Positions 20,431 to 30,408 of a stretch of DNA of 64,000 bases are shown here, one piece after another (position 1 is the stretch's first letter; each line of letters starts with the position of its first letter). The notes beneath the pieces are model-generated. The model did no database searches. It saw only the letters and a program-made list of their open reading frames with translations, and had not been told where the DNA came from. Made by a program: the position numbers and the translations under genes. Origin of the DNA: Betaproteobacteria bacterium. GTDB taxonomy: Bacteria > Pseudomonadota > Gammaproteobacteria > Burkholderiales > Casimicrobiaceae. Where the stretch lies: NCBI GenBank assembly GCA_031361045.1, contig JANMCH010000054.1:190-64189 (forward strand). The letters are read 5' to 3'.

Positions 20431-21540
20431 CTATTGGGCAGCGCCCAGCGCCTTGGCGCGCAATTGCGTGGCTTCCCGCGCGTCCCGCGAGGGCTCGCTA
20501 ACCAGCCAGCCGTCGAGATTGCGGAACACAAGATCGGCCAGCGCCGCGATCCACATTGGGTGCTCGTTCAGGCAGGGGATCACGTGGCACTCCTTGCCTC
20601 CGGCGGCCATGTACGTAACGCGCGCCTCGATGGCAATTTCCTCGAGCGTTTCCAGACAGTCGGCCACGAATCCGGGGCAGAACACATCGACGCGCCGCGT
20701 GCCCTCAGCGCCCAGCGCCTTCAGCGTGTCGACGGTGTAGGGCTTGAGCCATTGCGCCTTGCCGAAGCGTGACTGGAACGTCAGAGTCCACTGCGCCGCC
20801 GTGAGGCCCAGTTCCCGGGCCAGCAGTCGCGCCGTCATTTGGCACAGGCAATGGTAGGGATCGCCGCGGTCCAGCGTTTGCCGCGGCAAGCCGTGGAAGG
20901 ACAGCAGAAGGCGATCGGGGCGCCCGTGCTTGACCCAGTAGTCGTTGACGTTTTGCGCCAGCGCCCTGATGTAGTTGGGGTCGGCATGGAATGTCTCGAT
21001 GAAGCGCAGTCCGGGAATTCGCCGCACGTGCTTCAGATGCGCGGCAACGGCGTCGAACGCCGATGCCGTGGTGCTGGCCGCGTACTGCGGATAGAGCGGA
21101 ACCACAAGTATTTTTTCGCAGTTTGCGGCACGCAGCCGGTCGAGCGCATCGCCGACACTCGGGTTGCCATAGCGCATGCCCAATTCCACCGGGCACAGGT
21201 CGGCCGCGAATCCCGCATTTTTCAGGCGCTGCCCGAGATACCCCAGAAGCAGCGATTTCTGCTTCACGCTGTGCACCAGCAGCGGCGAGCCGTCCTTGGT
21301 CCAGATGGCCGAATATTTTTTCGCCGACGTGCCCGGTCGGACCAACAGGATCACGCCATGGAGGATCGGTATCCACAGCCAGCGGGGAATTTCGATGACG
21401 CGCGGGTCGCTCAGGAATTGCGCAAGATAGCGGCGCACCGCCGACGGTGTGGGCGCATCGGGCGTGCCGAGGTTGACCAGCAGCACGCCGACACGCGGCA
21501 CGCGGTCGTGCGTGAACGGCGGTTCAGGGGCGTGCGCCAT
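20431..21540 (-). CDS. hemH: Ferrochelatase
   Basis: 369 aa. VGVLLVNLGTPDAPTPSAVRRYLAQFLSDPRVIE... and LLLSFHGLP are typical HemH motifs. Confidence 0.93.
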   Translation of the reverse strand: MAHAPEPPFTHDRVPRVGVLLVNLGTPDAPTPSAVRRYLAQFLSDPRVIEIPRWLWIPILHGVILLVRPGTSAKKYSAIWTKDGSPLLVHSVKQKSLLLGYLGQRLKNAGFAADLCPVELGMRYGNPSVGDALDRLRAANCEKILVVPLYPQYAASTTASAFDAVAAHLKHVRRIPGLRFIETFHADPNYIRALAQNVNDYWVKHGRPDRLLLSFHGLPRQTLDRGDPYHCLCQMTARLLARELGLTAAQWTLTFQSRFGKAQWLKPYTVDTLKALGAEGTRRVDVFCPGFVADCLETLEEIAIEARVTYMAAGGKECHVIPCLNEHPMWIAALADLVFRNLDGWLVSEPSRDAREATQLRAKALGAAQ

Positions 21541-21562
21541 TTTCCGCTTCGAGCCGTCGTTG

Positions 21563-22060
21563 TCAGCGCGCCGGAACTGTTGCCCGATGGCCTCGCATCC
21601 AGGCCTCCAGGCCGCGCGCGGCCTGCGCGCGTATCGCCTTGCGCACGAATGGCGTCCAGCCCAGCAGCGTGCCTCTGGCGCCCAGGGCCATGCGCGTCCA
21701 ACGCCAGAGGTCGAACGTGTCGACGTGGGTCGCGATCAGTCCGCCGTTGAAGGTGAATGCCGAATCGATGACGTTGTGCACCGGGCGGCCGGTCGCAGAA
21801 AACGTGTAGCGCGGCTCCCAGTGCGCGCTGCCGGTCGCATCGTCCGCGCGGACGTCGCGCCAATCGAGCGTCAGGTCACGGCCGCGTTCACACAGCATCG
21901 CCCACATGGCGCCGATCTCATGGCCCGTCAGGTTGAACACCGGATCGGTGAACCGCGCGTCTGCCGCGTAGCAGGCGGTCATCGCGCCCGCGTCGCGCCG
22001 CGAAAACGCCGCGTAGAAACGCTCGATCAACGCGGCGTTGGGATGCACGCCATTCGTCAT
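21563..22060 (-). CDS. NTF2/SnoaL-like domain protein
   Basis: The ATG at 22060 is preceded by GGGGGA. ALIERFYAAFSRRDAGAMTACYAADARFTDPVF... matches the SnoaL_2-type fold pattern. Function is unknown. Confidence 0.7.
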   Translation of the reverse strand: MTNGVHPNAALIERFYAAFSRRDAGAMTACYAADARFTDPVFNLTGHEIGAMWAMLCERGRDLTLDWRDVRADDATGSAHWEPRYTFSATGRPVHNVIDSAFTFNGGLIATHVDTFDLWRWTRMALGARGTLLGWTPFVRKAIRAQAARGLEAWMRGHRATVPAR

Positions 22061-22102
22061 TGAGTTCCCCCGCAACGTGCCGGCACGGCCTTTGGAGGCG
22101 CG

Positions 22103-23131
22103 TCATTCATCATTGAACTGGGCCGACATCGCATTGGACAGGAGCTTGGCGGTGACATCGACGATGGGAATGACCCGCTCGTACGCCATCCGGGTCGGGC
22201 CGATCACGCCGAGCGTGCCGATCACCTGGCCGTTGGCCTCATAGGGCGCGGTGACGACGCTGTATTCGTCCAGCGGCGAAAGCCCCGACTCGCCGCCGAT
22301 GTAGATCTGCACGCCCTGCGCGCGCTGCGACACGTCGAGCAGGTGCAGGATCGACGTCTTCTGGTCGAACATGTCGAACAGCCGCCGCAGCCGTTCCATG
22401 TTCGACGCCAGGCCATCGGCCTGCATCAGGTTGCGCTCGCCGGTCACGACCAGCGACTCGCCCTCCGCATAGGCACCCTCGCCCGCGTCGACGGCGGCCG
22501 TCATCAGCCCGGCGATGTCTTCCCGCAATGCACGCAACTCTTCCGCAATGCGCGAGCGGATGGCTACCAACGGCTGGCCCGCGAAGTTGTGGTTGAAGTA
22601 GTTGGTCGCCTCGACCAGTTGCGATTGCGAATAGACCCGATCGGTGTGCAGGATGCGGTTCTGCACGTCGCCTTCCGCAGTGACCAGGATCAGCAACACG
22701 CGCCGCTCCGACAGGCGCAGGAATTCGAGGTGACGAAACGCGGCCTCGCGCCGCTTGGGCGTCATCACCACGCCAGCGAACTGCGTCAGCTGCGACAGGA
22801 GACCCGCGGCGGCGCTCATCAGCTGCTGTGGACGGTCGGCGACGAGCTCGCCTTCGAGCCGGTGGATCTCGCTTTTTTCCAGCGGTTTGGTGACCATCAG
22901 GCTGTCGACGAAGAACCGGTAGCCTTTCGGCGTGGGGATACGGCCGGCGGAGGTGTGCGGGCTGCTGATGAAGCCCATCTCCTCCAGGTCCGCCATCACG
23001 TTGCGGATGGTCGCGGGGGACAGTTCGAGTCCGGAGTGGCGTGACAGCGCGCGCGAACCGATCGGCTGGCCGTCACCGATATAGCGCTCGATCAGCGTCT
23101 TGAGAAGGTGTTGCGCCCGCGGTTCCAGCAT
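22103..23131 (-). CDS. hrcA: Heat-inducible transcription repressor HrcA
   Basis: [30 protein letters not shown]...[30 protein letters not shown] is the canonical HrcA N-terminal winged-helix domain; 342 aa. Confidence 0.95.
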   Translation of the reverse strand: MLEPRAQHLLKTLIERYIGDGQPIGSRALSRHSGLELSPATIRNVMADLEEMGFISSPHTSAGRIPTPKGYRFFVDSLMVTKPLEKSEIHRLEGELVADRPQQLMSAAAGLLSQLTQFAGVVMTPKRREAAFRHLEFLRLSERRVLLILVTAEGDVQNRILHTDRVYSQSQLVEATNYFNHNFAGQPLVAIRSRIAEELRALREDIAGLMTAAVDAGEGAYAEGESLVVTGERNLMQADGLASNMERLRRLFDMFDQKTSILHLLDVSQRAQGVQIYIGGESGLSPLDEYSVVTAPYEANGQVIGTLGVIGPTRMAYERVIPIVDVTAKLLSNAMSAQFNDE

Positions 23132-23243
23132 CGGCTGATTTTACCGCCCTAATCCGGCCCAGCGACACCGCGACGACGCTTCGTCAAAATTCGCACTTTT
23201 GGTCGAGGGTCGGGGCACGGCAGGCTGTGGTTTAATCGTGGCC

Positions 23244-24203
23244 ATGTCGGATTCCGCGGTAGAGACAGCGTTTCCCCGCATTGCCCTCGTGGGCCGGTAC
23301 GCCAGTCCGGACCTAGGCGTGCCGCTGGCCCGCCTCGCCAACCATCTTCGCGCCAAGGGTCACGCCGTCGTGCTGGAAGGCGAGACCGCGCGCTATGCGC
23401 CACTGCCGGGGTACCCCACCGCGGCACCGGAGGCCCTGGGCCAGGCCGTCGACCTGGCCATCGTACTGGGCGGCGACGGCACCATGCTTTCGATTGCCCG
23501 GCGATTGGCGCCCTCCGGCGTGCCGCTGATCGGCATCAATCAAGGCCGGCTGGGCTTCCTCACCGACATTCCACTGGCGCGAATGGAGACAACACTCGAC
23601 GCGATGCTGGCCGGACGCTTTGTCGAGGAGCGACGAACGTTGCTTGCCGCAACCATCGTGCGCGCCAACGGCGGCCGCGACGAAGCATTGGCACTGAACG
23701 AGGTCGTCATCAATCGCGGCTCGCGCGGCAGCATGATCGAGTGCGCCGTCGAGATCGACGGCCGCTTCGCGTATGCAATGCGCGCGGACGGCATCATCGT
23801 CGCCACCCCCACGGGTTCCACGGCCTACGCGCTTTCCGCGGGTGGCCCGATCCTCGATCCGCAACTCCCCTCGTTCCTGCTGGTGCCGGTGGCACCGCAT
23901 GCACTCACGCATCGCCCCATCGCCATTTCGAATTCGGCGCAAATCGCCATCACGGTCGTGCGCGCGCGCGACGCCGGCTTTCACTGCGACGGCCAGGCGT
24001 ATTTCACGTTGGCCGAAGGCGACCGCGTACTGCTGACACGCGCTGCCCACGCCGCGCGCTTCCTGCACCCGGAAGGTCACGACTACTTCGCCATGCTGCG
24101 CGACAAACTGCATTGGAGCGAGACCCCGGAACGCCTGAGCGAGTTCCGCCACGGCGCGGTGCCGCCACCTTTGCCAACCGAGGGCCGGGACGGCAAGGCG
24201 TGA
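23244..24203 (+). CDS. nadK: NAD+ kinase
   Basis: I placed the start at the ATG at 23244. It has the GGDGTML motif and ...NEVVINRG...DGIIVATPTGSTAYALSAGGPI. It is divergent from hrcA and upstream of recN, a common arrangement. Confidence 0.93.
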   Translation: MSDSAVETAFPRIALVGRYASPDLGVPLARLANHLRAKGHAVVLEGETARYAPLPGYPTAAPEALGQAVDLAIVLGGDGTMLSIARRLAPSGVPLIGINQGRLGFLTDIPLARMETTLDAMLAGRFVEERRTLLAATIVRANGGRDEALALNEVVINRGSRGSMIECAVEIDGRFAYAMRADGIIVATPTGSTAYALSAGGPILDPQLPSFLLVPVAPHALTHRPIAISNSAQIAITVVRARDAGFHCDGQAYFTLAEGDRVLLTRAAHAARFLHPEGHDYFAMLRDKLHWSETPERLSEFRHGAVPPPLPTEGRDGKA

Positions 24204-24226
24204 AGGTCCTTCCGGAGTTGCGCTAG

Positions 24227-25936
24227 ATGTTGCGCCTGCTCTCGATACGCAATTTCGTCGTCGTCGACATGCTCGACGTCGAATTCGGCCGCGGCCTCAC
24301 GGTGCTCACCGGCGAGACGGGCGCGGGCAAGTCCATCCTCCTCGACGCGCTGGCACTGCTGCTCGGCGACCGTTTCGAGTTGCGCCAGCTGCGCGCCAAC
24401 GCCGACCGCGCCGAGCTCGCCGCCGAATACGACGTGACCGAGGCGCCCGCCGTCGGCGCGTGGCTTGCGGAACAGGAATTGGCGGGCGATGCGGACGACG
24501 TGCTCTTGCGCCGGGTCATGGACGCGCAGGGCCGCAGTCGGGCGTGGATCAACGGCCGTCCGGCCACACTTGCGCAGCTCAAGGAATTGGGCGAGATGCT
24601 GGTCGGCCTGCACGGCCAGCATGCGCATCAGGCGCTGGCCCAGGCGGAAGCCCAGCGCAATCTGGTCGATGCCTTCGGCGGCTTCACCACGCTGTCGCGC
24701 GAAGTCGCCGGGAGTTTTCGCGCATGGCGCGCTGCCGTCGAGAAGTGCGAAGCCGCGGCCCATGCCGCACAGTCGACGTCCACCGAGCGTGACTTCCTCG
24801 ATGCGCGACGACGCGAACTCGCAGCACTCAACGTCAGCGCGACGGAATGGGCGGAACTGTCGACCGCGCAATCGCGGCTGGCCAATGCCGCGGACTTGAT
24901 CGAGGCCGCAACGCATGGCGGACAAGTTCTATCCGAGGGCGACGACGCGCTCACCGTGCGCCTGGCGCAGCTGACGCAGCGTCTCAAGTCCTCCGCAGTG
25001 AACGACCCGGCGCTGGCCGAAGTCGTCGCGCTGCTCGAGCCTGCCGCCGCAGAACTCGAGGAAGCCGCGCGCACGCTGCGCGACTACCTGCACCGGCTGG
25101 ACCTCGACCCGCGCGAATTGCAGCGCGTCGAAGGGCGCCTGTCCGCCATCCACGATCACGCGCGCCGCCACCGCGTGCGTCCTGAAGGCCTGCCGGCGTT
25201 GCTGGCCGAGACGGAGGCGCGCATTGCCGCGTTGGCGGAATCCTCCGATGCGGAAGCCTTGGCGAAGCGCGCCGCGGAAAGTGAAAAGGCGTTCCGAACG
25301 CACGCAACCCAGTTGTCGAAGAAGCGCCGCTCTGCCGCGACAGAGCTTGCGCATCGCGTCACGGAGGCAATGCAAACGCTGAGCATGGCCGGCGGTCGAC
25401 TGGAAATCGCGCTGACGCCGCTGCCGACGCCTGCCGGTTACGGCCTCGACGATCTGGAATTCCGGGTTGCGGCCCATCCGAAGCAGCCGCTGGGTCCGCT
25501 CGCGCGAGTTGCGTCGGGCGGCGAGCTGTCGCGCATCGCCCTTGCCATCCAGGTCGTGGCGAGTGAAGTCGGACACATACCCACACTGGTGTTCGACGAA
25601 GTGGACAGCGGCATCGGCGGTGCGGTCGCGGCCACCGTGGGACAGTTACTGCAGACGCTCGGCGCGGATCGGCAGGTGTTGTGCGTCACGCATTTGCCGC
25701 AGGTTGCGGCGTGCGCCGATGCCCATTTTCGCGTCAGCAAATCCGGCGACGCCGACAGCGTGCGCAGTGAACTTACGGCACTCACGCGACCCGAACGCGC
25801 GGAGGAACTGGCAAGGATGCTGGGCGGCGCGTCCATCACCGCGAAGACGCGTGCACATGCGAAGGAACTGCTCGATTCAGCAGTCAGGGCGCCGAGGGCC
25901 GCGGCTCCGAAGACGCGGAGCAAACCCGCCGCGTGA
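24227..25936 (+). CDS. recN: DNA repair protein RecN
   Basis: It has an N-terminal Walker A (LTVLTGETGAGKSILLDAL), a long coiled-coil and the C-terminal SGGELSRIALAIQV...LVFDEVDSGIGG. Confidence 0.96.
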   Translation: MLRLLSIRNFVVVDMLDVEFGRGLTVLTGETGAGKSILLDALALLLGDRFELRQLRANADRAELAAEYDVTEAPAVGAWLAEQELAGDADDVLLRRVMDAQGRSRAWINGRPATLAQLKELGEMLVGLHGQHAHQALAQAEAQRNLVDAFGGFTTLSREVAGSFRAWRAAVEKCEAAAHAAQSTSTERDFLDARRRELAALNVSATEWAELSTAQSRLANAADLIEAATHGGQVLSEGDDALTVRLAQLTQRLKSSAVNDPALAEVVALLEPAAAELEEAARTLRDYLHRLDLDPRELQRVEGRLSAIHDHARRHRVRPEGLPALLAETEARIAALAESSDAEALAKRAAESEKAFRTHATQLSKKRRSAATELAHRVTEAMQTLSMAGGRLEIALTPLPTPAGYGLDDLEFRVAAHPKQPLGPLARVASGGELSRIALAIQVVASEVGHIPTLVFDEVDSGIGGAVAATVGQLLQTLGADRQVLCVTHLPQVAACADAHFRVSKSGDADSVRSELTALTRPERAEELARMLGGASITAKTRAHAKELLDSAVRAPRAAAPKTRSKPAA

Positions 25937-26069
25937 TCGGCGCGCGGAACGTGCCCACCCACTGATTGGTGCGCGGAGCAGGCTGTTCGCCGCGATGATC
26001 GAGGGAGGTGCAGTGTCAGGTGTCGGCTGCGCAAAACTAGCCGCCGCGATGATGAAGCGAAGACGAGGT

Positions 26070-27002
26070 CTAGCCGCGCGCCTTGCCGTTGCTTGCGAGC
26101 TTCGCGGGAAACGTTCCCTTGACGGGCTTTGCGCGCGCCTTGGTCGCGGCAGTCTTCGTCGGCGGCAATGCTTCGCCGGTTTCCAGCCAGTGCTTGACGC
26201 GTTGCGCGTCGGCCACCCGCGTGTACTTTCCCAACGAATCCAGCAACACGATCACCATCGGACGGCTGGCGATCGTAGTGAGCATCACCACGCATCGGCC
26301 AGCCTCGCGGATGTAGCCGGTCTTCTGCAGCTGGATGTCCCACGCGACGTTCTTGACCAGCGCGTTGGAATTGTTGAAACCGAGCATCTGTCCCGACGGC
26401 TGCACTTCGACGAAGTGCGCGGGCGTCGTCGTGTAATCGCGGATCAACGGGTAGGCGGCGGCGGCACGGACCATCGTCGCCAAATCGTTGGCCGTCGACA
26501 CGTTGTGCGGCGACAGGCCGGTCGGATCCTCGAACCGGGTGCGCGTCATGCCCAGCGTCGCGGCCTTGGCATTCATCGCCAGGACGAACGCGGTATTGCC
26601 GCCGGGATAGTGGCGGGCCAGCGAGGACGCGGCGCGGTTCTCCGAGGACATCAGCGCCAGCCGCAGCATTTCGCCGCGCGACAGCGTGGTCCCCATGCGC
26701 AGCCGCGAGCGGCTGCCCTTCAGATAGTCGAAATCGTCCATGTCCACTTCGACGAGTTCGTCGAGCGCCGGACTGGAATCCAGGACCACCATGGCGGTCA
26801 TCAGCTTGGTCAGCGACGCAATGGGCGTCACCGCATCTGCCGCTTTCGCGTAGATGCGGCGCCCATCCTGGGCGTCGAGGACGAGCACGTTGGCCGATGC
26901 GAGCCTGAGCTTGGCCGGATCGAGCGCCGACGACGCAACGCCCTGGCCGACGGCCAGCGAGCCAAAGACGCAAGCAAAAACAAAGATTAACGAACGAATC
27001 AT
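26070..27002 (-). CDS. pbpG: D-alanyl-D-alanine endopeptidase/carboxypeptidase (peptidase S11, PbpG-like)
   Basis: The ATG at 27002 gives a signal peptide (MIRSLIFVFACVFGSLAVG). The active-site SxxK context IASLTKLMTAMVVLD resembles E. coli PBP7. The C-terminus is a basic tail. Confidence 0.8.
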   Translation of the reverse strand: MIRSLIFVFACVFGSLAVGQGVASSALDPAKLRLASANVLVLDAQDGRRIYAKAADAVTPIASLTKLMTAMVVLDSSPALDELVEVDMDDFDYLKGSRSRLRMGTTLSRGEMLRLALMSSENRAASSLARHYPGGNTAFVLAMNAKAATLGMTRTRFEDPTGLSPHNVSTANDLATMVRAAAAYPLIRDYTTTPAHFVEVQPSGQMLGFNNSNALVKNVAWDIQLQKTGYIREAGRCVVMLTTIASRPMVIVLLDSLGKYTRVADAQRVKHWLETGEALPPTKTAATKARAKPVKGTFPAKLASNGKARG

Positions 27003-27135
27003 CAGGTCTCGCCTAAAGAATCCAACCGCCTTATCGCACGCCCTGGCACCCACCGTCAATCCCCTAAGCACATCAAGGACTTAAGTTGTCCGTGCGGTGT
27101 TGCGGAAGGCACAGCAAGGCCCGTGCCCGGAAGCA

Positions 27136-27274
27136 GGGTCAGACTCGACTTTCCGCCCGCCAATAATTAGGGTCAGACTCGAATTACCGGTCGAACTTGG
27201 CCGTACCCCGGATCCTGCAAGGAAATTCGAGTCTGACCCTAATTATTGGAAATTCGAGTCTGACCCTAATTATT
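27136..27274. repeat. REP/BIME-like repeat cluster: four copies of a GGGTCAGACTCGA-core element, including a perfect 24-bp inverted pair and a 27-bp tandem duplication
   Basis: Copy A is at 27136-27148. Copy B, AATAATTAGGGTCAGACTCGAATT, is at 27162-27185. Its exact reverse complement occurs at 27224-27247 (C) and 27251-27274 (D). GGAAATTCGAGTCTGACCCTAATTATT is tandemly duplicated at 27221-27247 and 27248-27274. The ABC transporter stop codon (27270-27272) lies inside copy D. Confidence 0.85.
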
Positions 27275-29090
27275 CTTCCGGGGGCACGCGCCGCGCCTCG
27301 TCCTGCTGCAGGCGCCACATCCGGGCGTAGACACCATTCGCGGCGAGTAGGTTCGCGTGGGCACCACGCTCGACGATGCGCCCGTGTTCGAGCACCAGGA
27401 TCTCGTCGGCATCGACGACGGTGGAGAGCCTGTGCGCGATGGTCAGCGTCGTGTGGTTCTGGGCGATCATTGACAGTTCGGCCTGGATCGCCTTTTCCGA
27501 CTTGGAATCGAGCGCGCTGGTCGCCTCGTCGAAGATCAGCACGTGCGGCGCCTTGAGGATGGCGCGTGCGATGGCCACGCGCTGCTTCTCGCCGCCGGAA
27601 AGCTTCAATCCCCGTTCGCCGACCGGCGTGCCATAGCCCTCCGGCAGGCCGGCGACGAAATCGTGGATCTGCGCCGATCGTGCCGCAGCGACGATCTCGT
27701 CATGGGTGGCGCCCGGCTTGCCATAGGCGATGTTGTATTCAATGGAATCGTTGAAGAGCACCGTGTCCTGCGGCACGATGCCGATCGCGGCGCGCAACGA
27801 TATCTGCTGCACCTCGCGGATATCCTGGCCGTCGATGGTGATGCGCCCGCCACCCAGGTCGTAGAAGCGGTACAGCAATCGCGCCAGAGTCGACTTGCCG
27901 GAACCGGACGGGCCGACCACCGCCACCGTGCGCCCTGCCGGAATGGTGAAAGACACGTCGAACAGGATCTGGCGATTGGTCTCGTAGCTGAAGTAGACGT
28001 TCTCGAAGCGCACTGTCGCGCCGCGAATTGCGAGCGGCAGCGCGCCGGGCTTGTCACTGATCTCGGCGTGCTCCTCGATCAGCGCAAACAGCCGCTCCAT
28101 GTCGGCCAATGCCTGCTTGATCTCGCGGTAGATGACGCCCAGGAAATTGAGCGGGATGTAGAGCTGGATCATGAACGCGTTGACGAGCACCAAATCGCCG
28201 ATGGTCATCGTGCCGTTGACCACGCCGACCGTGGCGCGCCACATGATCAGCGTCACCGCGATGGCGATGATCGCGCTCTGGCCGATATTGAGCGTCGACA
28301 GCGACGTCTGGCTCTTGACCGCCGCCTTTTCCCAGCGCTGCAGGCTCTCGTCGTAGCGGCGCGCTTCCCATTCCTCGTTGCCGAAATACTTGACCGTCTC
28401 GTAGTTGAGCAGGCTGTCGATCGCGCGCGTGTTGGCCTTGGAGTCGAGGTCGTTCATCGTGCGTCGGTACTGCGTGCGCCATTCGGTGATCAGCACGGTG
28501 AAGGCGATGTAGGCGACGAGCGCGCCCGCGGTGATCGCCATGAACGTCCAGTCGTAGCGCGCGATCAGGATGGCCGACACCAGCGCGATCTCGACCAGCG
28601 TGGGCAGGATCGAGAACAACGTGAGGCTGATCAGCGTCGAGATACCGCGCTGGCCGCGCTCGACGTCGCGCGTGAGGCCGCCCGTCTGCCGCTGCAGATG
28701 GAAGCGCAGCGACAGCGCGTGCAGGTGGCGAAAGACCTGCAGCGCGATCTTGCGCACGGCGCGCTGCGTAACTTTCGCGAACAGGAACTCGCGCAGTTCG
28801 GTGAACACCGTCGTGGACAGCCGCAACAAGCCATAGCCGGCAAGCAGCGCCAACGGAACGGCCAACGGGGCCATCTGCGCGTCGAGGCTGTCGACGATCC
28901 GCTTGAGCAGGACCGGCACACCGACGTTGGCGACCTTGGCCAGCACCAGGAAGGTCAGCGCGGCCAGCACCCGGACCTTGTATTCCCACAGATAGGGAAT
29001 GAGCGTGCGGATCGTGATCCAGTCGCCGCGCTGAGTTCGCGGAACGTTCGTTTCGAGGGGCGCGGGAAGAGTGGGGGACGAGTGGCGCAT
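27270..29090 (-). CDS. ABC transporter, fused permease/ATP-binding protein (ABCB/Atm1-HMT1-like exporter)
   Basis: 606 aa with a six-TM N-terminal domain. The C-terminal NBD has Walker A (GPSGSGKST), the signature LSGGEKQRVAIARA and Walker B (ILIFDEATSALD). Confidence 0.9.
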   Translation of the reverse strand: MRHSSPTLPAPLETNVPRTQRGDWITIRTLIPYLWEYKVRVLAALTFLVLAKVANVGVPVLLKRIVDSLDAQMAPLAVPLALLAGYGLLRLSTTVFTELREFLFAKVTQRAVRKIALQVFRHLHALSLRFHLQRQTGGLTRDVERGQRGISTLISLTLFSILPTLVEIALVSAILIARYDWTFMAITAGALVAYIAFTVLITEWRTQYRRTMNDLDSKANTRAIDSLLNYETVKYFGNEEWEARRYDESLQRWEKAAVKSQTSLSTLNIGQSAIIAIAVTLIMWRATVGVVNGTMTIGDLVLVNAFMIQLYIPLNFLGVIYREIKQALADMERLFALIEEHAEISDKPGALPLAIRGATVRFENVYFSYETNRQILFDVSFTIPAGRTVAVVGPSGSGKSTLARLLYRFYDLGGGRITIDGQDIREVQQISLRAAIGIVPQDTVLFNDSIEYNIAYGKPGATHDEIVAAARSAQIHDFVAGLPEGYGTPVGERGLKLSGGEKQRVAIARAILKAPHVLIFDEATSALDSKSEKAIQAELSMIAQNHTTLTIAHRLSTVVDADEILVLEHGRIVERGAHANLLAANGVYARMWRLQQDEARRVPPEE

Positions 29091-29195
29091 GCTTAAGGTA
29101 ACGGTTCCGGAATCAGGGCACGGGTGCTGTTCATCGCGGCGAACAGCGGTTCCGGACAGCCCGCCATTTTAACAGGCAGCGCTATCGCGCCGCAC

Positions 29196-30386
29196 TCATG
29201 CGTCGCGCCGTCGCTTGCGCGGAAACCACTCGTTGCCGCCATAGCCCAGGACGCCCATGCCGATGCGCACGATGCCGTAGGCGACCCAGGTCAGTGCCCG
29301 TTCCACCAGGCTGCGCCCAGCCCAGCGCTCCGCCGCCATGGGCCGCGCGCCGTCGGCGATCATCTGGACCAGCTCCATGCGCAACTGGTCGGCAAAGTAA
29401 TGATCGCGCACGAACACGTTGGCCTCACGCGCCATGAGCAGCGAATAGGGATCGATGTTGGATGAACCGACCGTCGCCCAATGGTCATCGATCACCGCCA
29501 CCTTCGCATGGAGGAACGACCGGTGATATTCCTGGATCGCGACCCCGGCATCGAGCAGCTGCCCGTACAACGCGCGCGATGCGTAATGCAGCAACCGGTA
29601 CTCGACGCGTGCCTGCAGCAGCAACGTGACCTGGACGCCGCGCTGCGCCGCTGCGGTCAGCGCGCGCCGAAAATGGATGCCGGGAAAGAAGTACGCCGTG
29701 GCGATCAGGATTTCCTTCTTCGCCGTCAGGATCGCCGCCATGTAGTCGTGCTCGATGTCCTGGCGGTGGCCCAGGTTGTCGCGGATCGCGAATTTGGCGG
29801 TTTGGGTGCCGGCATCCAGAGTCGCGATGGGCACCGGAAAGAGCGGCACGTCGCTCATGTCCAACTGTGTGAGCTCGACCAGCGCCCACAGCCGCTGCAT
29901 GGTCATCACGATGGGGGCGAGCATCGGGCCCTCGACCCTCACGGCGAAGTCAACACGCGGCGGCTTGTGCCGCGGCGTATTCATGTCGTCGATCAGGTTG
30001 ATGCCGCCGACAAACGCCACGCGCCCGTCAACGTGGCAGATCTTGCGGTGCAGGCGCCGCAGCCGGTGCGAGCGGAATTGCCACGGCGCGACTTCGGGAC
30101 GGTATTTCATCAGGTGCACGCCACCCGACGTCAGGAAGGCCGCCATGGATGACGTGAGGAACTGGCGCGCGCCCCAGCCGTCCACCAGTACCCGAACCAT
30201 CACGCCGCGTTGGGCGGCGCGCACGAAGGCCGCGGCAATCGCGCGTCCGGACCCATCGTCGGCAAAGATATAGGTTTCGAGCCATACCTCCTGCTGCGCC
30301 GCATCGATCGCCGCAATCAGTGCCGGGAAGTATTCGGCGCCATTGCGCAGCAACTGGATCGCGTTGCCGGACTTGAAGTGCTCCAC
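29196..30386 (-). CDS. clsB: Cardiolipin synthase ClsB (PLD superfamily)
   Basis: It has two HKD motifs (HRKICHVDGRVAFVGGINL and HAKVAVIDDHWATVGSSNID), no N-terminal TM segment and is 396 aa. It lies downstream of an EEP-family gene, as in the E. coli ybhP-clsB arrangement. Confidence 0.88.
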   Translation of the reverse strand: MEHFKSGNAIQLLRNGAEYFPALIAAIDAAQQEVWLETYIFADDGSGRAIAAAFVRAAQRGVMVRVLVDGWGARQFLTSSMAAFLTSGGVHLMKYRPEVAPWQFRSHRLRRLHRKICHVDGRVAFVGGINLIDDMNTPRHKPPRVDFAVRVEGPMLAPIVMTMQRLWALVELTQLDMSDVPLFPVPIATLDAGTQTAKFAIRDNLGHRQDIEHDYMAAILTAKKEILIATAYFFPGIHFRRALTAAAQRGVQVTLLLQARVEYRLLHYASRALYGQLLDAGVAIQEYHRSFLHAKVAVIDDHWATVGSSNIDPYSLLMAREANVFVRDHYFADQLRMELVQMIADGARPMAAERWAGRSLVERALTWVAYGIVRIGMGVLGYGGNEWFPRKRRRDA

Positions 30387-30408
30387 GGTGGCTTAGCCGT
30401 AGGCCGCT

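Noticed and set aside
27221-27274. Possible CRISPR array suggested by the perfect 27-bp tandem repeat.
   Set aside because: There are only two directly abutting copies with no spacers, no further repeats and no cas genes in the window. The same unit occurs inverted 38 nt upstream, which fits a REP/BIME element rather than CRISPR.
27097-27330. A 77-aa ORF translating the repeat cluster (contains KFESDPNYWKFESDPNYS).
   Set aside because: The ORF is created by reading through tandem and inverted REP-like copies and overlaps the 3' end of the ABC transporter gene. There is no start context and no sign that it codes for protein.
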